NCBI GenBank assembly: GCA_000004985.1
Contig: GG738854.1
Length of the DNA: 64,000 bases
Direction: 5' to 3' (one strand)
Origin: Naegleria gruberi
Taxonomy: Eukaryota
The notes under the pieces were generated by a model. That model ran no database searches and was not told the origin of the DNA. It saw only the letters and a program-made list of their open reading frames with translations. This document shows, in pieces, positions 9,001-17,700 of this stretch; the stretch's first letter is position 1, and the number at the start of each line of letters is the position of its first letter. A program made the position numbers and the translations under genes.

Positions 9001-9990
9001 GAAAGGAGGTAAATTTGATGAAGAATTTGATCTTAATCTATTTTGTAAAGTATTTTGTAAATTTGGATTTGTAATAGGAATAGGTGGTATTGGTAAATTA
9101 TTAGAAGAAGAATTTGATCTCAATCTTTGATTTGGAATTAAATTACTAGGTGTTGGAATAAATAAATTAGGAGTTATAGTTGGATTAGGATAAGGAATAT
9201 TTCCACTATTAGAAGTATTTGAATTTGATCGATTTCTTTGAGCTGCAGCTGCTGCTTGTAAAAAAGGTGGAGTTGTAAATAAGAAATTATTCATTGATAG
9301 AGGTGGTAAATTTGAAATATTTGGAATTCCATTAATTGTTGGAATAAGTGGAAGATTTGGATGATTCAAGTTTGGTTGTGGATTTAAAGTTGGTTGACTA
9401 GTTGTTGGTAATTGAGTTGAATTATTATTAGGTATTATTGAGGTAGAAGTTATTGGATTGGTCATGTGAAGAAGATTTGGAATTGTTGGATTAATAGTAT
9501 TAATTGGAATATTTGTTGAAGTAGTACCATTAGCATTGATATGATTTGGAATTTGACTTGTTGATTGTTGTTGTTGTTGAGGATTAATTTTAGGCTTTTT
9601 TAATGCTTGTTCAAAATTTTGTTGCTGAAGTCTGATAGAGGAGTTATTTATAGATTGTGAGGGTTGTGCTTGATTATTAATTAATGATGAAGTAATCCCA
9701 GCATTTGATTGAATTCGGTTATGATGACTATTAGATGGTATCGTACTATTAGTATTGTTGTTATTATTGATTGGTATCATCATTGGATTACTGTTGACAG
9801 TTGCTTGATGAGAAGGTTGATGGAAGGCATGTTGTTGGGTCAAAATTTGAGTTGATGTTGAATTTATAGTATTATTACTAGTATTATTTACTGTTCCTAT
9901 AGGAGGTTCATCGGTTTGATGTGATGAATTGGTTGACGATGATGATGTTTGTTGCTGATCCTTTAGATGATCTTCGTAGGTTCTCTTCAT
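6010..9990 (-). CDS. Cullin-family E3 ligase scaffold of 1326 aa. It has a ~430-aa low-complexity N-terminal extension and internal Asn-rich insertions
   Basis: The C-terminus reads ...[62 protein letters not shown]. This is the cullin neddylation/winged-helix tail, with the IMK lysine and a ...YVA end. The central region carries cullin-homology stretches ([23 protein letters not shown]..., [16 protein letters not shown]...). The N-terminal 430 aa are an S/T/N/P/Q-rich disordered region. It is a single exon, with the ATG confirmed at 9990..9988. Confidence 0.8.
   Translation of the reverse strand: [1326 protein letters not shown]
7375..7428 (-). repeat. Imperfect tandem 12-mer (attattagatgt)n inside the cullin CDS, encoding a T/S-N-N repeat
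   Basis: The sequence attattattagatgt attattagatgt attattattatttgatgt attagatgt was seen directly. It lies in the Asn-rich insertion of the 1326-aa cullin. Confidence 0.6.
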
Positions 9991-10411
9991 TTTTAATCAA
10001 GAAATCCAAGAGGGTTTAGCTGAGGTTTTTTTTGTTCAAAATATTTCTACACCAGCAAAAGAAGGCGGATTTGAGAGGTGTGGACTGATGATATGATATA
10101 AAAAGAGCATGGCACTTCTCAAAAGAATCTACACTATGAAAAGACATTTAAAAAAGAAACAGTGAGGAGGTTATTAGCTGACTAACACAAGATGATGATG
10201 TGGTAACATGGTATTAATTACCCATGTTGAACAATGAAGAGACAAGAGATGAAGAAGTGGCTGGTGTGTGAAAAATATCTCACTGTTCACCAAATTACTT
10301 GAAAATAAATTATTTTAATAGAGAGAAAGTTATGTGTGGTTAGTACATTCAAATCCATTGAATGTAATGAGTGTATTTCATCTTCTTTGGAAGTTGTGTG
10401 TATTTGTACAA

Positions 10412-12883
10412 TTAAGCAACGTAATGGTAAATACAATTTGCACTACCTGCTTGTGAATTATTATCTCTTTCTAAATATTCTCTGTCAATTAAACTTTCAA
10501 TTCTCTTCTTTACATCTTGACCTTGAATTGAAAAACGAACTTGAGATAAAACTTCAGTTAATAATTGTTGATGTGTTAATTGTTTTCTTGTTTTCATAAT
10601 TCTAACAATTGCTGCATCAATAACATAGGAACGATCCAATAAAACTTTTTCAGTTGTTTCTTCTCTTTCTTTCTTTGTTTCTTTCAATTGGAATGAATCA
10701 ATTTTAATCTTTGTTTTTGATTGTGAATAATCTTCATTAACAAAGAAAATATCATTCTCTTCAACTTGAGTTCCTTTAGTTTCTTTCTTAAGAATTTTTT
10801 CCTTATGGAATGCTAATGATTGTAAAGTTAAAATTAATTGTTTTTCATCTTGAATTCCTGTTGATTGTTTAAGTTCTCGTACAGAAATCTTTTCTTTAGA
10901 ATTGAATTGTAATAATACAACTGCTTGATAGAATGATATTATCAATTCCTTTTTACCACATGGGAATAAGGCTTTCATTGAACATTGTCCCAAGTTTGAA
11001 ACCCATTTCAAAATACGTCCAGAATATTTGTGTGTATAAAAATCTCTAAATGAATCTTGTAATAATGAAAGTTCCATTGGTAAATTTAAAGTATCAGGTG
11101 TATAATTTGGCCAATAACTCAATGTTAATACTTTAACACCGAGGGAGGATGCAATTTGAAGTGCTCTATCCTTTTCTTCACCTACTTCATTGATAAATTT
11201 CTTAAATTCTGCACTAGTTTCATATCCTTTCATTAATTCCGCTGAAATATCAATATCTTTAAACATTCCTTCTAATTTGTTTGAGAATTGTGTACCACAT
11301 TCTGCTCTCAATTTAGAAATCATTGTCTTTTCTGCATCATATGATGAAGTCTTTCCAAATAATAATCTTTTACCCAAATCCTTCTTATAAAATGCTTCAA
11401 ATATATCTTTACCATTAATATATTTGAAAATTGTTAGAGCATTATCCATACATCTTTCTAATTCATCATCTGTTAAACCCTTACTATTCTTTAATTTTCC
11501 ATCAATATATTTTGCAATAAGTTCACTTGGTTTGTTAGGAACAATATTTAAGAAATATTCAAAGGCTTTTCTTATAGCATGTTTAAATTCTTCATTCTTA
11601 TGGAAAGATTGTTCATGTAATTGATCAATTTTACTCTTAAATTGAAGAGTATCTTGAACCATATTTTTATCATTTTGATCATCATCAACAATTCTTTTAC
11701 CTCTAATCTTTAAATAGACTGTAAATGCTTCTTTAATTGCATCAAGTTCATTGACTAATTTAAATAATCCATACATTCTATTAAGATCCATAATACGATT
11801 AAGATCCATTAATTCTTCAAATCCTTTATCTAAAATTGTTTTAACATGTTTCTTTATCAATTCATTTTCTACTATTTGTATAAGAGGTTTCTTTGTTAAT
11901 TTACTTAAATAATTTGTAACTCTATCAACTTCTTGTCTTAATCTAGATTCAACATATTGTAAATATTCTGGTACATTTAATTTATCAATATTATTTAAAC
12001 CATCATTAGAATAAAATGATCTAGTTTCTTCTAAAAATGATTTTTCAAATTCATCTTCATATAAATGTAAAGATGTTAACATTCTAATTAAACGTTGAAC
12101 AACTGATTTATCAATACTTTCTCCACTTCTTTCATGTTTAATTAAAATTAAAATCCCAGATATTATTTTTTTAAGTAAATGTTCATTAATCTTTAAATTT
12201 TGTTTAAATATTTGTAAATTCATATCCCAAATAGATTTATCTGGTATTGTCATTACATAAGACCTATCTAAATATAAGAAAATAGATCTTATCATATTAA
12301 TTTGATCAGTGAATTCTTCCCAACTTTTAACTACAATATTTAAAAATGTTGTGTGATCTGTTGTTGCTTTATGTCCTAAATCATAAATTACATTTTCAAT
12401 ATGTTTAGAACAAAGTAATTTCAATTTGGAATAGGTACTTTCTGATTTTTTATGTCTTGCCAAATCGGAACAAAGTTGATAAAGTTCTTCTTGTCCAGTA
12501 CAAATTTTCTCCTTTTTTTGAATGGCAACAACAGCGTTATTTAACTTGTTCCATGTTTCTTCTTCAAAGTTAGATACTGTCGGTTTTAAAGACAGAGGTT
12601 TGATTTTAAGACAAGTTATCTTTTTCTTTGTTGGTGTAACTGAAGGTGATGGATTTGTTAAACCTCCTCCTGTTGATGCTGTTGTATTGTTTTTAGTAAA
12701 TCCACTTGTTGATGGTATTGTTGTAGTCATTTTAGGCTTTGGAATTTCGACAACTTCTTCTTCGTCCTCAATTATAATGGTATGATGATAGGCTTTGGTT
12801 TTTTTAGTTTGATCGGATTGTAAGTCAAGATTAGCTTGAGGTTGTTTTCTTTTCTTTGATGATGATATGGCGAAGGTAGACAT
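10412..12883 (-). CDS. culD: Cullin-4 orthologue, single exon
   Basis: The C-terminus ...[66 protein letters not shown] closely matches the metazoan CUL4A tail ([28 protein letters not shown]). The N-terminal region ...[37 protein letters not shown]... is typical of a Cul4 N-extension. The ORF track starts at 12886, but that codon is TTG. The true ATG is at 12883..12881. The symbol culD is recalled from Dictyostelium nomenclature for cullin-4 and was not verified. Confidence 0.85.
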   Translation of the reverse strand: [823 protein letters not shown]

Positions 12884-13160
12884 CAAAAACTATTACTATT
12901 AGATTTTCTAGAATGGACTAAATTGGTTTAACAACATCAAAATCCTAACTAGTAAAACTATTGAAAAATAACCCTAATAATAATAACAATAATATAATAC
13001 TACTATGGTAGGGTACAGAGAATGTGTTTCCTGTTGTTGTTGATGTATTTTTTTAAATAAGTTTTTCTTCGGAAGTAATTTTAGAGTGCATGTTATTCCG
13101 CCCTCACTTTGGATTTTAAAGCCTTCAATTCAATTGAGGATCTTTGAATAATATTATTAT

Positions 13161-13257
13161 AAAATTGATAATTTAAAATTGATAAAGAACTCTTTTTAAT
13201 TGAAATATAACATTATTAATTGATAAAGAACTCTAAAATTGAAATATTATAATAAAC
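13161..13257. repeat. Intergenic imperfect tandem repeat with a ~42-bp unit (aattgataaagaactct ... aattgaaatat), about 2.3 copies
   Basis: aaaattgataaagaactct occurs at 13175..13193 and 13218..13234, each followed by aattgaaatat(a/t). A partial third aaaattgataa lies at 13161..13171. The repeat sits in the 3' flank of the QNG1-like gene and the 5' flank of the Cul4 gene. Confidence 0.55.
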
Positions 13258-13300
13258 ATTAAAATAACATATATTTATAAACAAATTAAAACAATAATAT

Positions 13301-14425
13301 TTAATAATAAACTGAAAGAGTTCTATGATGAGGTCTAATTGTCTTTCTATTAGCTTCACCAATTTGCCATAACATCCAATCAATCTCAATACTTAAACAT
13401 TTAATAGAATGTTCTTCTAAAAGTACTTTTCTCATTTCTTCAACAGCTTGAATTGTAAAAGCTCTAATTTCAACTTCCATTTGTGAACTATATTCTAAAA
13501 CTGTTAAATTTGAAATTTTTTCTTTCAATTCATCAGAATAAACCAATACTAAATTTTCATTACTATTAATATCATCATTATTAGCAATAACATTATCACT
13601 ACCACCAATAATACCACCTTCTGTAACACTAATTGTATTTGCATTAATAAAATTAGTTGAACTATTCAATAATTGTGGAACTCTATAATCAGCAAACATT
13701 GTTAAATCATTAATATCATCAAATTGACCAATTCCTTGGCCTTTAAAACAACCATAAATATCAGCACAGAAAATTTGAGCTCTCTTATAGAAATGAATTT
13801 GATGACCTGTTTTAGAATAAATACAATGATCTCTAAATCCAGGAAAATGTTGAGTAACAAGTGAAACTAATTTGTTAACACTCTTATTTGCTGATTTAAT
13901 TAAATTAAAAGCTTTTCCATCAAAATGTTCTTCAAGTGCAAAACCAACTTCTCTAATTAATCTAACACGTTCACTTAATAATGGAACTTTGGCACCATTA
14001 AACCATTCTGTTAATTTTTCACTTGTTAATTGTTTTAATTCTTCTGATGAAAATGCATTTGGATTATTTTGTAAAACACTTCTAAGACCAGATGCTAAAT
14101 GACCATATTCAAATTCATCCTTTTCATCTTTAACAGAATCATTTAATGGCCAAAAACAAAAATTAATACTTGAAAGTACAAGTATATATTGACAAGTTAA
14201 TTCAGGTTCATTTAAATTTCTATAATGAAGTGTATCATTGTCCCATTCAATAAATAATGATTCAATTAATGATGTTGAATTGGATGTTTTACATTTTTGT
14301 TTAATAGTTTCCGCAATAACTGAACATGTTTTAATTAAAGCCTTCCTATTTAATGATACATGAGTAGCATTTTCAATAACATGTTGTGTTGTTGTTTTTA
14401 CGAGAGAAATTGGTGATGATGACAT
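13301..14425 (-). CDS. QNG1 / DUF2419 (C9orf64-like) queuosine-salvage protein, queuosine-5'-phosphate N-glycosylase family
   Basis: The motifs INFCFWPL, FYKRAQIFCADIYGCFKGQGIGQFDDINDLTMFADYRVPQLL, MEVEIRAFTIQAVEEM and the C-terminal HHRTLSVYY align with human QNG1 motifs (LNFSFW, FYKRAQILVADTW...ITMFADYRLPQVL, QEVEIRGCSLWCVE, FHRIRCIYY). The track start at 14488 is a TTG codon. The first ATG is at 14425..14423 (MSSSPISL...). An Asn-rich insertion of about 45 aa (...GGSDNVIANNDDINSNENLVLV...) is absent from the animal homologue. Confidence 0.8.
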   Translation of the reverse strand: MSSSPISLVKTTTQHVIENATHVSLNRKALIKTCSVIAETIKQKCKTSNSTSLIESLFIEWDNDTLHYRNLNEPELTCQYILVLSSINFCFWPLNDSVKDEKDEFEYGHLASGLRSVLQNNPNAFSSEELKQLTSEKLTEWFNGAKVPLLSERVRLIREVGFALEEHFDGKAFNLIKSANKSVNKLVSLVTQHFPGFRDHCIYSKTGHQIHFYKRAQIFCADIYGCFKGQGIGQFDDINDLTMFADYRVPQLLNSSTNFINANTISVTEGGIIGGSDNVIANNDDINSNENLVLVYSDELKEKISNLTVLEYSSQMEVEIRAFTIQAVEEMRKVLLEEHSIKCLSIEIDWMLWQIGEANRKTIRPHHRTLSVYY

Positions 14426-14762
14426 TTTTTTTAAAAATTCTTTATGATTTTGAGGAAACAATAATAACGCACAAGGCTTTTTGTGCAATTTTATTGATGA
14501 AGTGTGTCAAAGCCTCCATAGACTGGAGAATTTTCATCTCATTACAACCTGTCTTTGTACTATTACAACCTACTAATAATAATTTTTATAATGAAAGTAA
14601 AAAGCCTTGAAAGTTTATTATGAAACAATCAAATGTTATTATTCATTGTGAGTATCGCAGATCAAATTGTGTGGGAGAACGACGACAAACCATTTCTGCT
14701 TTCAACTGTCATTACACAAATCAAAAAAATTTCAACAACACACAAGTAACATTAAACCTATC

Positions 14763-17700
14763 ATGTCTCAGTGGGTTTCTGTTAACAAGTATGGTATTGG
14801 TATGTTTATTATTATTATCTATTTCTCATCTTTAATTTGCGCCTTTACAATTCTAATAACAACAACAACAACAACAATTTATAAACTACAAAATCATCAC
14901 TATATAACTTCATCAACATCAACATTATACCATCAATCAAACACTCTATATTAATGCTCTGTTATTATTATTAACAACAATAATAATAATAATTATCAAA
15001 ATCTAGTTGTTGATTCATTCAATAGCAAACAATATCAACAACATCAACATTTATTAGATTTAAATGTTGGTGATCTTGTGTATATTAAAGCAGAGAGAGA
15101 TGGATGGTGTAAAGGAAGTGTATTTAGAAATCGTTACATTCTCAAATATAAGAATTCACTACTTGGATATTCTACATTAGATAATAATTCATCATCATCA
15201 TCCAACACATCCGCATCAACAACATCAACAGAGAATGATGGTGCTAATTTAAACAATGATCAAGATGATCAACAATCAAGAACATCAAATAATGCTCAAC
15301 TCAATGCAGGATCAACTGAAGGTATTAAAACAGCATTGGATTTTAATGTGAGTGGAATGAATACATTTCCAATAGCTAAGGGTTTCTTTCCATCTGGTTG
15401 TATTAAGAGGATAGAAGAGAAGAGTGATAAACAATCTATTCTACCAGGTGGCTCAAGTACAGGTACAACATCATCAGGTCTGAGTTCTGGTTCATTGGTT
15501 GGTGGTAGTTCATTGATTGGTGTTGGAGGTGGTATTGGTAGTGGTATTGGTGGTGGTGGTATTGGTATTGGAGGTGGTATTGGAGGTGGTGGTGGTTCAT
15601 TAACTTCTGGTAATTCTGGTAATTCACAAAATAATTATCTTCAAGGTTTAACCAATGATAAGAATAGAGGTGGTGATAAAACACTTGTTGATTCAACACC
15701 ATTGGCAGGTATTATTTCTAGGGCAGGTAAAGCAAATAATTTAACATTTATCGATGAAATTGATTCAAGAGAATTTGAAGAATCTAAATATGGATTCTTT
15801 GAAGAGAAGGATTTTGAAGTTGAACATTGTTTTGATTTAATACAAGTAACAGAGGAATGGTTAGCATTCTTTGATGGATCTAGAGAGAGAATGGAAATTG
15901 TTGATAGAGATCAATTTGATAGAATTTATGAAATTTTAACAAGAATATTCTTTGATATTAAAGAATATGCAAGACATTGTGATTTATTAAAGGTAATGAA
16001 AGAGAAGGGTGGAAGTGATGGTATTGCAAAGATTGAATCAAAATTACTTAAATTTCAAAATAATGATATCAAACTTGTAGAAGAAGGTTGTAATGTACTT
16101 TTATATGATATTATTATTAGAAAGAAGGGTAAAATTTTAGATGATTTAATGCAAATGGATCAATTTGTTACCAATAATAATTTAGATTCTTCTCAACAAT
16201 CCAAACAACAAACTACAAGTACTACTACACAAACTAAATCTGCTACTTCAACTACTACTTTAACAAATGTAAATTCAACAAACAATTCACAAGAAGTATC
16301 CTCAACAAAAACACTCAAATCCAGATTGAGTTTTACACTTGTTGAACAAGTTAGAAAGGTAGTTGATGCCAAAACAGGTGGATTTTCCTCTACATTATTA
16401 TCAACCTCATCAACAGTAACAACCATTGTTAAGGTATTTAGAAATTATGTTCAAACTTGTGAGAGAGAACTTGAAGCACTTCAAGAGAGAAGACAAAAGA
16501 GAGTTAAAAATCATGCCAAGAAGGAAACAACAGTTAGTGGTAAAATGGGTGGTGCATTGGGAAGATTGGGATTTCCATTTCATTTGAATGATGTTCTCGA
16601 TGATACAACACATACAGCCAGTGGTGATGATAGTAAACAATTTTATCATTTACCAGATGGTAATACACAATTAATGGTTGCACTTGAAAATTGTGTCATT
16701 GATTCAGAACATCGATTTGAATTGGAAATTTCACTCTACAGTAAGAAGGCAGAACAAATTATTAGTGAAAATTTTATTTTACAAATGTCATCTGCCTCTG
16801 AAAAGAATTTAAATCCATCATCTAAAACCAATCTAGAAAGAAGATGTATCATTAAGGATATAACAAGTAGTGATATTAAGGAAGATTTGTACTTTGTTTT
16901 CAGATTGTACAGAGTTGGACCTGTTTTAATCGATGAAAAAAATAAGAAGGCAACTGCATCAGCTGATGTAGGTGATGTTAAAAGACCATTCGGTGTTGCC
17001 ATTGCAGATATTAATCCAAATGTAATTAATAATATTGTAACAGGTGAAAATGTTAATCTTCCTAAAATTAGTGCATTTGCAACAACAAAGGAAGAAAATT
17101 TCTATTCACTCCATCAATTATTAATCAAATTAACAAATGAACATGGTGGTCAAATTCCTTCAGATTTACCAAAAGATGTTTCAAAAATTCAGGAAATTAA
17201 GGATTTAACAATTTCACTTGGAATGTTAATTGGTGATTATGAACAACAAGTTTTTTCAAAGGAAAATTTAAAATCAAGACCAGTCATTCAAATGTTAAGA
17301 TTTCCAAGTGCTGTTTCACCTGGTGATAGACGTAATGATATTTATATTACATTAGAAGGTTTAGCTTCATCTGTTAAAGAATTGAAAAATGTTCTAGTTG
17401 AAGCTGAATTGTATCAAGTACCACAATCAATTTCAATCAAAAATCCACCAATTCATTCTGAAACACGTCCAATGATACCTCTCTCTACAAATCCAAATGA
17501 ATTTAATAGTGGTAATTTACCTTCTTCACTTCCACAAGAAAAGAGAAAATTATTCACCTCCACTGTTTTATATCACATCAAAAATCCAAAATGGAAAGAA
17601 ACATTTAGAGTTAGTGTTGAACCTGATTTAATTGATAGATCTATTGTTGTATTTAAATTATTTAATTGTAGATCACGTCATGCAACGAAGGAACTTGTTG

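Noticed and set aside
10336-12785. Plus-strand ORFs 10336..10599, 11190..11390, 11424..11624 and 12522..12785
   Set aside because: All are antisense to the Cul4 CDS.
13872-14610. Plus-strand ORFs 13872..14102 and 14386..14610
   Set aside because: They are antisense to, or overlap, the QNG1-like gene and its promoter, and have no features.
14620-14954. Plus-strand ORFs 14620..14835 and 14667..14954
   Set aside because: They are not independent genes. The second is in frame with DOCK exon 1 (MSQWVSVNKYGI at 14763..14799), but the rest of it is read-through into the intron.
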